DNA of 50,891 nt, filler included, from Dirinaria sp. TL-2023a (taxonomy: Eukaryota), in NCBI GenBank assembly GCA_051941275.1. It is 3 parts of 3 records of this genome, joined end to end, with 100 filler letters (N's around TTAATTAATTAA, not from the genome) between each part and the next. Parts side by side here need not be neighbours in the genome. Positions count along the whole stretch, not along the records: positions 33,999 to 50,891 come from JAVEBF010000467.1; 2 more parts are not named here. One strand, 5' to 3'. The position numbers and the translations under genes are program-made. The notes under the pieces were generated by a model, which was given only the letters and a program-made list of their open reading frames with translations, was not told the origin of the DNA and did not search any database. Position 1 is the stretch's first letter. Each line of letters opens with the position of its first letter. Below are positions 35,250 through 47,741 of the stretch, piece after piece.

Positions 35250-37386
35250 CTAATTCATTCTTCTCCAAATCCCTACGAACGCTGCTCCAGCAGCCACCAC
35301 CGCTCCCAGCGCGATCCACAAATGCGTACGATCCGTCTCTTCTTCGTTACCTTTCGGGTACGCCCCTGAAGGCCACATCGCCGCCTCTGCGATCTGCACG
35401 AAGACTTCGCTTACACTGTTCCACGTCACACTGACGTGTAACGGTTTAGGCATCCCTTGCGTAGCCGTGTATTCCTCAGGCTGGACCTCGCTGCGCTGTG
35501 TGGTTTTGTCGTTGTCTGCCTTCAGCGCTACATACAACGAGGGGAGAGCATCAAGGTGAGGGTACGTGCTACGCAAGTGGAGAACGTGTGAGAAGGAATC
35601 CGGGTCGCTGGAGTCATACGTGTAGACAACGATGTCGCAGGTAGAGAGCTTGGACTCGTTCTCTAAGACAGCCGGTTCGAGCTCGCCTAGCTCTTCCAGT
35701 ATGAGCGTACATTGTTTGCCCCCCGGTAGCTCAACACTATTGACTGCTGTGCGAGGTTTGATAGTGGGGTGATAAATCGACGAAAAAGGCCGTGAGAGGA
35801 AAGCATCGAGAAGAGAGGATTTGCCAGAGCCTGATCCGCCTAGAATATACGCTAGGAGAACGTTACGTTCGACAGGAACACGCTTACGGCGCTTACGCGG
35901 TTTCGTGAGCTTAAGAGCAGAGGTTGTACCGGACCGAAGGTTGTTGGACGATGGCTCGAAGCCAAGGAAAGCAAGGTAGGCCAGCGTGGTGGAGGGATTG
36001 AAGAAGGTTGTCATGCTCCATTGAGCGAGCCAGCCTTGAAGGGTGATATGACCAGCTTCGTTCGAGACGGTAGAAGAGGGAAAGGATGAGTCGAGCCACG
36101 ACGGAGGCAGACCAGGAGTTGGCGCGAAGAGCGCAGTGAGCTCGGAGTTGTTGAGGCCACCATCTGAGTCTTTATCATGGACAAGGAAAAGGTCGACGAA
36201 GAAGCGGTAGCCGGCTGGGGAAAGTTCGGCTGACGTGTTGGGCGGGATATCAAATTTGGGGTGCAGAAAAGAATTATGTAAACTCAGGCTATTGGTATAA
36301 TGGAAGGTGCGGAGGATGAGCCTGACCAATTCTTCCAGGTCAGTATCTCTGTTCTAAGATGTCACCTAGTGACTAAGATGCTCCTCTAGAATGCAGCTCC
36401 TTGGGAGCAATATTTCCGGCCATAGCTGTTACGCCAAATGGAAAATAAGGGGGAGCGAAGACGTACCATACTGTTTCATGACGGCCTTTCTCAATGAAGA
36501 TTCTGTTGAGCATCAGGAAGCCTTCCTGTGTGATGCCACCTTGAGCAACATCTTGAGGGGAGTATTTTCCAATTGCTAGTTTGATATTATCCAAGTCGCC
36601 TTCTCCTAAAGGTTTACCGAAACATTTTATCTGAAAGTCGTGAACCTCTTCGTCATTCAGGAAACCATCTTGATCTCGATCGCATAGGTAGAAGATCCTT
36701 TGTAAAGCTGATACACAAGCCGGTTTTAGCGTCGACTCTTTCGAATCGAATAGCGGTGCTATAGGATCTGTGACTGCTTTTTGGCATAAGAAGAAGACTT
36801 CGTTGATGTTGTGATGTTCTCTGGCACTTGTCCGTATACAAGCATCAATCTCCTTGAATTCAGCCATGACCGGTAGCATCTCGTCCTCCACAATCTGATC
36901 AGTAGTTGTGTTTGCTGATGTGTCGGATTTGTTGGCGCATAGCACCACTGGTACGTTGACACCCAGAGATCTGAAATGGGGCATCCAGAAAAGCGCCACC
37001 CGCTCGTAACTGTAGTGGTCCGAATATACAAGCAAGATGACGTTACATTTCCGGATCTCTTTATTGAGCTCTGTCCGGTCGTGGGGAAGGGTTGAGGTAT
37101 CAACTATGGTGGTTGTAACATTTTCAGGAGTACCGATGCTAGGGGGAATGGTGACATGAGGAAGAACTGGCTGGATCTTGGTAGTGACGAAGACGTCTTT
37201 GACGAGAGATCTAAAAGAAGCATATTGTGGTTAATGTCGATCTTATTCAGGAGATTGAGCGACATACGTTATGAGACTGGACTTGCCAGTGCCGTCGTCC
37301 CCGCAAACACAAATGCGAACTAAAGAATCTTCATGTCAGGGAAAAGCCATGGTATGAAGCAGATGATACGACGAACCTGCTGCCAT
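35250..37386 (-). CDS. gem1: Mitochondrial Rho GTPase (Miro): GTPase-EF-EF-GTPase-TM; 3 introns
   Basis: [23 protein letters not shown] hands [12 protein letters not shown] and [12 protein letters not shown], second P-loop GGSGSGKS, C-terminal TM anchor. Confidence 0.97.
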
Positions 37387-38013
37387 GAAGAGGTGGTCGT
37401 GAGGCACTTCTTACAGGCGCAGTGCACACTTTGCGTACGCTACATCAGTTAAGAACTCGTCAGAGTGAAGTTGCCTTTTATCGCAGCTTTTTCTCAGTGA
37501 GGCTCCAGTTATTAAAGTATTTTCATTGGTTCAAGAAATGACGAAATCAGATTCCTTCACTGAAACAAACTTTACCGTTAGCCTGGACCCGAAGACGCCT
37601 AGATGCTAGCTCAACTAAGGTATCTTTAGCTGCCTCAGCCGCCAGGCACACTGGCACATGGACCTTACGGGTAAGGCCACCACCCAGATCTCAGGCATCA
37701 GCTGCGACTGTCACATGCCAAACGTCCCTAAAACACCCTGCAAAGCCTCCCGAGCTTCAGGCTTCAATGTATGTGTCCCACGGGCGATAAATGTATAGAC
37801 CAACTGGGCGGCTCCCATTTGTTGATACTTGAACACATCTTTGGCTCAAGGAAAATCCCAATACTTTCATAATCGTGTTGAGAGATTATTTCTCATTTCT
37901 TCTCATTTCTTCTCCAGTCGGCAGGACCACTATTTCTACAATTATAATGTTGTGAGTAGAAGCAGACATAGTTTTGTCGAACATCCATCCAATGAAATCG
38001 TACCGATGGACTA

Positions 38014-40193
38014 ATGCCCGTGGCAAGTGTCCTGCCCCCACCAACTCGTTATCCTATAAGTACGCCCCAAAATGTGCACAGCAACCCTGGACAAGGAGGC
38101 ATGGCCGCGCCAGTCGTCGAGACAAGCAATTCAATCAGCCATCCTACGGGGCCTGAGTATCAATTGGCCGTTGGCGAAGGTACTACAAGAACATAGAGTG
38201 CCCGAGTAAGGTAGCACAAGTCATGCTGAGCACTTCACAGGTGTCTACACTCTTCGTGACAATATCCACCTAGCTACTCCTCCTCCGCATCCGCATGAAG
38301 GTCCTACCGTCAGCGCAAATCCCTTAGCATCCACCTTGACCTCGGCAACCGCCGGAACAAAGCTCTCGCTATGCATTGTCAGCCCTCACAAGGTCTCTCC
38401 TCACATGTACAAGATCAGTACGAGCAGCACACTCTCCAATCTGGGAACCTATAGCATTAGTGAGAATGAAAAAGAGTCGAGAAGCTCTAGCGACGTTCTT
38501 GGCAATGGGAACACGCCTCAGAGCTTCAATCCTGGGACGCCCGGCAAAGTGCCCGCTTTTGGCGGAGACAATTTCCTTTTGTCCCCTCTAGGCAACAAGG
38601 ATAGCATAAAGCGCAGGAAGCCAAAGTCCAGTTTGATGAAAAGCAGTTCGACATATCTATCCCGAGTTATAGCAAATGAAGGCCTCAGCAAGCGGCTGCA
38701 AGAACATGATCCTGAAGGCCTCTTCGTATTCGCTAATATCAACCGGGCCTTCAACTGGCTTGATTTGTCGGCTTCTACGACTTCTAAGGTATTTCTCAAC
38801 GTTTTCACTCTCCAAATGTGATCCTTACCTTTAATTAGGCAGATCATCTGGTAAAGATCCTATTTTCCAAAGCACACATGCTATGCCATGACACGAATCA
38901 AGTCACCAAAAGCTCTGGTCATTTGGATGTAATCATGGGTTCATCGACCGGAGACATGATCTGGTTTGAAGCATATACTCAAAAGTACTTTCGTATCAAT
39001 AAAAACGTACGTCTGACTCCACGCAACGCTTCAAATCTTGTTCTGAGCGATTCAGGGCATCATTAATCCTACTGCTGTCACGGACATTCATTGGCTACCT
39101 GGCTCCGAGACGTTATTTTTAGCAGCTCATGTAGATGGTACCTTGATTGTCTATGATAAGGAACGAGAGGACGCTGCATTTGTGCCTGAAGAGAATAGCT
39201 TCCGTATCGGCGAAGCAAACGAGAATGAGAGCGAGCACAGACCATTGCACGTTAACAAATCAGTGAATTCAAGGAACCAGAAAGCAAATCCTGTTGCTGC
39301 CTGGAGAATATCGAATTCCCGCATTAATGGGTTCTCTTTCTCGCCGGATAGCTGCCATCTAGCCGTCGTGTCTGAAGACGGGTCATTAAGGATAATAAAC
39401 TATCTAAAGGAACAGTCAGTATATCCAGTGCAAACAAAGTACCATTAAGATTAATTAACATCCTGTAGATTAACTGACGTCTATACAAGCTACTACGGGG
39501 GCTTTACGTGTGTTTGTTGGTCGCCAGACGGCAAGTACATCCTGACTGGCGGACAAGATGACTTAGTCTCAATATGGTCTCTAAATGAACGTCGCATTGT
39601 CGCTCGCTGTCCGGGCCATCATTCTTGGGTCTCATGCGTTGCATTTGACCCCTGGAGGTGTGGCGATAGGAATTACCGATTCGGCAGCGTTGGCGAGGAC
39701 CGGAGGCTACTCCTATGGGATTTCAGTGTTGGCATGTTGCATAAGCCCAAGACAGTACGTCAAAGTTTTCCCTGCAGACCTAGCTTTTGCTGATAGAAAA
39801 AGGCCACAGTTCGACAGAGGGGCAGTATCGTATCCCATGCACCAACTCGAGCGCGCACGGAGAGCTTGGCCACCTCCCGATATCGATCGAACTCGAATTT
39901 AACGGCGAAAAGTGAAGAAGACGAAGATCTGATAGAACACCCGGTGGAATCAAGAACCATAACAGCTGAACTTCCTCCTGTCATGGCATGTCTTAACTTC
40001 CTAGAACCAAATCAAGAAGGCTGACTATTTACTTGTGTAGTCGAAGATAGTCGATGAAGACCATCCGATGTCCTGGATCGGATTCGATGAGGACTCTATC
40101 ATTGCCGCTTGTGCTGATGGCCATGTCCGAATATGGAACCGACCGCAGGACGGAGTCAATAGCAGTCAACTCGACCTGACTTTACCCGGATGA
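38014..40193 (+). CDS. creC: WD40 catabolite repression protein CreC (partner of the CreB deubiquitinase); 6 introns
   Basis: [110 protein letters not shown]. Confidence 0.93.
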
Positions 40194-41572
40194 GATTTTC
40201 ATTCATCGAAACGTGGGCAGAGTACGATTCACTATTTGTTCAGCACGACAATCCAGCTACAATTGACTGTACGGAGGATTTAAATTGCTCCTCACATCGA
40301 GGTTGCTTGCGGACATGGCTCCACGTCTTGCAGTTCAGTCTGCTCCCGCTTGCTCCCACACGTCCAAAATCAACATCAAAGAGTGGCCAGAAGTTGACTG
40401 CACCTGTGGACAATGCTAAAACAGGCGAACTTTGCTTATCGCTACAATGATAATGGCCCAGAGCACGCGCCAGCAGAGAGTGGAGAACTGACGTTCTCAA
40501 AAAGATTTGGTCATCTCAATCGAGTCCTCGAGACGGCAGAGCTCGCGAAAAATCAGGCAGCAAAAGTGTATTGGTCCGAAGCCATGCCCACTGACGAAAG
40601 ACTGTTAAACATACGAGATCCTGCATTGTGCACTGGCAAGTGTACACACGAGACTTCAGATTCGAAATTTCTATGTACATGCAATTTACGAGTGAGAAAT
40701 AGTTGCATCATTTCGACGGTCTTGACTACATACCGACTTGACCACAACAAGGAATTATTGTGAAGACTGTGGTGTGGGCTGAGAGACTTTTCAACAATTT
40801 TTGGAAGCGGATCTTATCGGTGCCAAGGCTTCAGTTATCTGATTACTTTGGAGTGGCTTGAAAGCATGAGCTACTTCTGAAATGTTGGGGTCCTCGGGTT
40901 ATCTGGTGGCGGCGATGGGCTCTTTCAACAATTCAAACACAATACACACTGCTTATCTTATGCTTCCGCAACCGGAGCGATGGATGGTCTAGAGGGACTG
41001 TGAGTCAGGCAGGCAGTATGGGATGGTTGGATAGCCTGATAAGTGATAACGTTTCGTGGGGTCATTATTGCGTTGAACTCGGGTGGGCGTTGCGGGCAGC
41101 TTCTAGCAGCATAAGGTACCTTATTTAGGCAGCATGTTTAAGTAGCTATGGGCGAACTATTACTGTGTGCTAAATGCTTACCTTGAGGTGATGTAAGATA
41201 TGGAATTATGTACCTTAGGTAAAGCATGTGACAAAAGCTTCACGCCAATAATGAAATATTTTATGTTTTCACCCGTGGTAGAACCGGCTTGCAGGGATGT
41301 GTCAGCGCTTGGCTCGGAAGTGACCCTAGAATGGTCCTGGAGTGGCCCTGACGATCATTAGTGCGTCACTTTACGTTCCTCGGTTCTGGCCAGCAATGAA
41401 TGGGAATTTAGCGGAATTTCTGTGCCCGATTGCTTGCAAACATGTTGTCAAAGGACCCTGGGAAGCTTGCTCTTCTAACATTTGAATATTCGATGCCCTG
41501 CCTTGCAACGATCCTGGCCCTTGATCCAGGATAACAGCATTCGAACCGTTTCGCTGAAATCGCTCATGGGCT

Positions 41573-43454
41573 ATGGCTCCTAGTATCCTCGGAAGCATTA
41601 CACCCACCACAAGCGCTGTTAAGTACTTCGAGATACGGTATGTACTGCGCGCTCTTCGGCAATTCGCTGGGTCAGCACAAGTCGCGACTGTGTCAGCTAA
41701 TAGATATACAATATAGATTGGATGAGCATCCGCTGATACTGCGAGGCGCTCCTAATACCGCATCCGGTATCTTATTAAAAGGGACAATCGTACTTTGCCT
41801 ATCAGAGCCACTTCGTATTCAAGGCATCCGCCTGCGGTTCACTGGCGACAGAAGATTCGAGTGAGCATACGACTGTGAAGCTCTCCATGAACCGACGTTG
41901 ACCTCAATGTTAGTTTCGCGCAGGCTTCTGGCTCTGGCGCTGGGTATCATAAAATTGAAGATCAGTTCATCAAGCATACATGGGACTTCGAAAAGGGCGG
42001 AAAGGTTCTACCCACCGATAACCATGAATGGCCTTTCGAACTCGCACTTCCTGGCACAGTCTCAGAGAGCATTGAAGGCTTGTCAAATAGCTGGATTATC
42101 TATCGGTTGAAAGCAACTATCGAAAGGGGTCTGATGCAGCAAAATGTCGTAGCAAGAAAGCACGTCCGAATCATCCGAACACTGGATCCTTCCGATCTTG
42201 AACTTTCCGTTGGAATGGTGAGTGCTGTGTACTCCAAATACCGACCATCCACTGACATGATGTAGTCTGTAGCTAACATCTGGACGAACAAAATCGACTA
42301 TCGAATTGAAACTCCATCGAAGGCAGCCCTGTTTGGTACGATCGTTACTGTCAATTTCAGACTAGTCCCCCTGCTTAAAGGCTTGTGCATCGAATTGGTT
42401 CAGACACGAGTAAAAGAAAGTCTGGAGTTGAAAATTGTGGAGAACGGCAGAGAAAACGCGCGCTGGAAGGGATTCCCACGAACCATTGTTGATGACACAT
42501 ACCGCGTGGCCGAGAACGCTGATGCTCAGGAAGTTTTCGATGACGAAGGATTCCCGAACGAAGGTTACATCTTCGTGAGAAGCCTTGATCTACCCAGGAA
42601 CCTACGGGAATGCATGCAGAGTGCTGATACAAACGGTTTCAAGATCAAACATTCATTAGAATTCAACATCCAGCTGCGCAATCCGGACGGTCACCTCTCA
42701 GAAGTGAGTAGGAAATATCTTGCGCCTGAAATCTACTAATGTACGATAGGTAAACGCTGCCATTCCTCTTCAGATATGTATATCACCTATGCTGGGAATC
42801 GACGAGAACAATAATATGACAACCGAGAATTCAAGGGCTCTGGACGCTGAAACCCTAAACGCAATGGCGCCACCAGGGTACGGCGAGCACCAAATGGATC
42901 AATTGTATGGCAGCGTCGATCTTAGTGGTTTCCAGACACCGGCAGCACTTGCGAGTGGGCCAGGAACTCCATTTAGCACCAGAAGTCGAGCGGCGTCAGT
43001 CGATAATTTAGCGTTGATCAACGGCATGGCCTCCAGCAGTGTGGTTGCAAATACTCTTCGAAATCGCCTCGATAACCTAAATACGACGGAAGACAGTCGT
43101 GCAATAAGAGAGCAAGTGCAGGCTACCGCGTCAACGAATGATAATCACGGGCTACTCAGGCCCGATGTTTGGAGAAGAGGCTCAGGCCACAGTCTGTCAC
43201 ACCGAACATCAGAGGAGGACTCCATACTTTCGGGGGTCCAAACGCCTTTGCAGCCCTCGATGACGCACGTTGAATATAGCGCTGAAGATCTCGCTCGAGT
43301 TCCCAGTTACACAACCGCCCTACAATCACGTCCTAATGTTCCAATCGACAACGCATTACCCAACTATCAGACTGCCGTTAGGACACCTAACCCGTCGCCT
43401 CCAAACCAAGCTCACCTCCCACCAAGGTGGTGCAGCAATATCCATGCTAATTAA
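41573..43454 (+). CDS. creD: Alpha-arrestin ubiquitin-ligase adaptor (CreD/ApyA/Rod1 family); 4 introns, 3' end approximate
   Basis: KYFEIRLD, LKGTIVLCLSEPL, HEWPFE..ESIEGL..IIYRLKATIERG, NIWTNKIDY, QLRNPDGHLSE; PY-type motifs PPGY, VPSY, LPNY. Orthology to creD rather than apyA is not certain. Confidence 0.8.
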
Positions 43455-44025
43455 ATACGACCACTTTGCAATACAACAGCCATATCATTTAGCGTCTTCG
43501 CGCCCACGACAGACGACAGCTTAGGCATTCGTTGACTCGCTGACGGCCATTTCTTGCATTAGCGACGGCGCAGGAGCATCTTGGAAATAAGTTGGTGTAA
43601 AGTACTCCGGCGGTGTTTTGATATCAATTCTGTCAGTTCATCATCTCGCGATCATGCGACGGTACTTTTTGACGATCTTAAAAGGCCTGGTATGTCTCCA
43701 TATAATAAAATCTTCACTTTCAAACATCTCAAGACTTGAAGGTCTTTACAGGAGTCTGAATGCATGCATCATCTTATCATATCTGATCTGGGAAACGGAC
43801 CTCGGGAATGACGTCGTGGCTTGACTTCATGATTTCCAGGTTTGAAATATCTTAGTTACAGATTACTACTGAAGCTTAGATACTGAATGTAAATCCGATA
43901 TTTCAATATTGATCCATACCCGTACAAGCAAAACAGTAGGTGCTTGCGCGACTTCAAAGTTCATTGTTTGCAGCGTTCACGACGTCAATAATCTGCCTTC
44001 CATCTAAGGAACTCACTGTAGCGAT

Positions 44026-45648
44026 ATGAGTGGCCAAGGGAATCTTCCGTATCGAGGAACTGGCGGTCTAGGTTTCGACGAGGAAGCCGTCCCAGACACC
44101 GATCCCAGTGATGTGGGTCTAAACCTGAAGATTTATATATATGCTGTGTCTGACTACTTCGATAGACTTCTAAGATCTTGCTTGAGCGCCTGCAAGCTTA
44201 CAAGCATGCATGTGGTTATCTGGAGGACTACATTTCCGCAACGGAGAAGGTGGAAAAAGCGCACGCGAAGGAGTACGAAAAGGTTCTAAAGGCAAGTAAT
44301 CCTTGCAGAATCCAACCGTTCGTGCACGCTAATTTTTTCAGACGGTCTCCGATCCGCTGAAGGAAGGGCAACATTTCGACCAAAGTTTGGGGGGAATTGC
44401 AGGGCTTTTCGAGAATATCCGGTCAAATACACAGGTTCACCCAAACTAGAGAAGACTTAAAGGAATTCACTCTCATCTTTTCGATAGGGTCTGTCCAACT
44501 CCCATCTTGAGACGGAGAAGAACTTGAAGGGCTCGGTCCTACCGATCTTGGGGCGCCTTCATGCAGAGATCAAGAACAAGTCCAAAGAGCTCTCAGGGGG
44601 TGCGGTCAAAGGCTCGAAAAATGTGGACAAGGCAAGGAACATAACCCAAAAACACATCGAGCTGCTTGGCCAGCACACTGCTTCATTCTCTTCTTCGGGT
44701 GGGAAAGTTGACGCCTCAAACGATCCCTATGTGCTCCAGCGTGGTGTGCACCATCGACTTGGGAAGCAGATCTTGGAGGAGAATAACAACCGTGACGACC
44801 TTATTGCCGTGCAAAATTCCTTTCAGGCATTTGAAGGCCATGTCATACAAACATTCCAGCAAGCGCTGTCAGCCTTCCAGCAATTTATGGGTAGTCAAAG
44901 CGAGCAGCAGAAGGGTATGTATTCTGACATGGTCGCTACGGCACAGCGGATTCCACCAGACTTTGAGTTTAAAGGGTTCGTGAAACGCAACAACCAATTG
45001 CTTATCGATCCGTCTGCCCCTAAGAGATCCGCTTCGAACATTTCTTTTCCAAATCAAAATCATGCATCGACACAGCCACTCATCGCTGGCACATTAGAAC
45101 GCAAGTCGCGCGCGGTGATCAAGGGCTTCAACACCCACTATTATGCCGTCACGCCAAGCAAATTCCTTCATCAATTCAAAGATGACGATGACTTCCGGAA
45201 CGACCCAACTCCAGAGCTGTCGCTCTATCTACCCGACTGCACGGTTGGCAGTGTCAGTGGGGAGAAGTTTAACGTTAAAGGCAAAGACGCCTCGAAGGGA
45301 AAGGTCGGCGGTGCTCTTGCGATGAGCCATGAGCTCGCTTTCAAAGCGCATTCGGCAGCGGATGCTCAGCGCTGGTGGAAGATCATTAGTGAGGCTGCTG
45401 GAGCCCACAACGTCACGAACGAGCTACCATCACCAACAAGTCCGGTGGAGAGCAGGAACGTATCGGGCCAACAGTATCCACCACAAAACCAGAAAGTAGC
45501 GCCAGTGCAGACTCAGGGCCTACCTCAAGGTGGCAGCGTGCCGAGTGCGGGCGCAACTCCAGCTTCAGCAACAGGAGGTGCTTACAGCGCGGGTGGCGTG
45601 AATAGTCCCGGTACTTCTGGCGTCTCTAGGGCGCCAGGTCAATACTGA
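44026..45648 (+). CDS. BAR + PH domain protein (Slm1/Ask10/Rgc1-like); 3 introns
   Basis: LLERLQAYKHACGYLEDY, DPYVLQRGV, PH segment GTLERKSR..YYAVTPSKFLHQF..PELSLYLPDC..FKAHSAADAQRWW. Confidence 0.88.
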
Positions 45649-47741
45649 GACGTGTTTGAGATATTCGTTCGCCTATTCTCGTTGTTGAAGGTGCTGCTGT
45701 CCCAGTTCTGCACAGTCAGCCTTTAATATTTCGATTGTTTTATAGTAGAATATTTATTAAGTAACGCGCATGAGTGCCTCGAGTATTGCAGTCCTTTGTA
45801 GCGCTTCCTGCCGCTATAGGCCCCTGAAGCTCGGAGCGAAGAAAGAAAACCGATTGCCAATCTGTGTCATGTGTTTCATAGTCCCCCAAAAAGTTCAACT
45901 TCATTCATCGAGATTATCAGTCCAAACCCTGCTACACTCCCCACGCCTTCTTTTTACGAGCACCATAGCCAGAAAGCACGCATAAACATATCTGTGCCGT
46001 TCTATGTTCCCAGCGAAGAATTTAATTCGGTCCCGCATTAGGTGCCATACGTACCACTCTTTTCCCTCAGTGCTGGCTGTCTTCTGACTGTCGATCATGA
46101 CATGGCGTTTGCTTTCCTAGAACTCCTCCCTCCACATAACAAGCGAAACTCTTCTGAGAGATTCCGCCGCGAACCCTTACCCGATTGACCGACCACCGTT
46201 CTGACGAAGTTCAGGTTTGGGATAATTTGCACAATTGTGGAAATCCTCGGACATTGTATTGGTGGTTGGGTGTTGCTATTTTCAGATGCGTGCTTGTTTT
46301 TGAGGTACTTTAGAATCCAGATACTGCTGGTTGCAACCTAATTACTTGAGATGGGTTGAAGCAGTAAGTTGCCTTCGTAGCGGAGGGTTTGGGAATCCTT
46401 AGAAATCGTGCTCGTTGAATGGTGGCCTAGATGCAAGCAATGGCACATTCTGTGGGGATCGTAGTCTGTTTATTTGAGTGCAAAATTCATCAAGCTCTCG
46501 GAATCATGGCTGGTAGGGAGTACCTGCTGCACGGCTCTCACAACAACAAAAAGGTAAATACCGTATCATGCTATTTTGATGGAGTAACCCCTTTGGGTAT
46601 CATTACCATATACCATGCAGTGAAGTGCAATGTTTTTAAGCACTATATCCTTCATTGTACTCGACCAGACGATGGCGACGCTATGAGCCGCAGATATCAG
46701 AGTTCATCAGGGCTATCTGATAAGTGAGTTTCCCATCTCATGCCTGATGTCGGTGACATTGCCGATACTTACTCCAGCACTATTTCGACGAATGTTCATG
46801 TTAAATCTTAGCGGTCCACAAGGTCACACATCCTTCCATTGTAGACAGTATCGCGCTTTAGCAACATCGGTTACACCGCGTCTGTACGAGCACTTCCACA
46901 TCCTCGTCCAGTTCCTATTCAGAGCTTTGAAATCTTCTTATCTTGGTTCGAGCAATCCTATCGGCGCTGGTACCGCATAAGGCCACTAGAGTCTACTGCT
47001 TCGTAGGCTCATGCACCTCAAGCTCATGAGGAGGTTACATCGCATGGAGCAGCGTTGCTGATGGCCGGCAGGCCAATGAAATGCCACCACAACCGCGTCT
47101 ATTGCTCTCCTTCTCTGTATTATGAACTCGACATCGAGCTAGCTCCTGGCGCGCGCTGGCAATCCTCCTTATGACTTGACTTGCTTCAGGTCTCTGTCGA
47201 CGCTCGATTGAAACATGGAGCAGTTAAGATGATGCAATTGAACAGATCCTTTCGCAATTGATCTGCAGGTACGAGCATTCTCCAGAATGGAAAAAAAAAA
47301 AAAAAAGAAAAGAGACAGTATCTTTCTTATCCTAACATGTTTTGAGAAATTTTCCTTACTTCTTGTATGTTTCAAGTTGCAAAATGATTTTCTTTGAGTC
47401 TCCTCAGTGGATGTCTTGGCCAAGAGGGATCTGCCAATTCGCTCCAATTGAGCTTAGCGTCTACACACCGGCTTCGGTCCGACAGCGTGGGTAGGAGTGT
47501 GCTAAGGCCTAAAGTGTGCCAGGGCCGCGGTTGGCCCCAAGTCCTCATAGGGTCACGGCAGATTCCATGACCCTCAATATGCTCATCCCAAGTCGCCTCT
47601 TTAGCATTTATATGATTTCGATCTGTATTATATCGGCGAGCAAGGATTGGAGCTGTGCCGCTGGCCACGGATAGATGGCTCTGGGGCTGCTTGTGCCCAG
47701 ACTGACACAAACGATTCACATTCTTTGACAAGACCTCCTTC

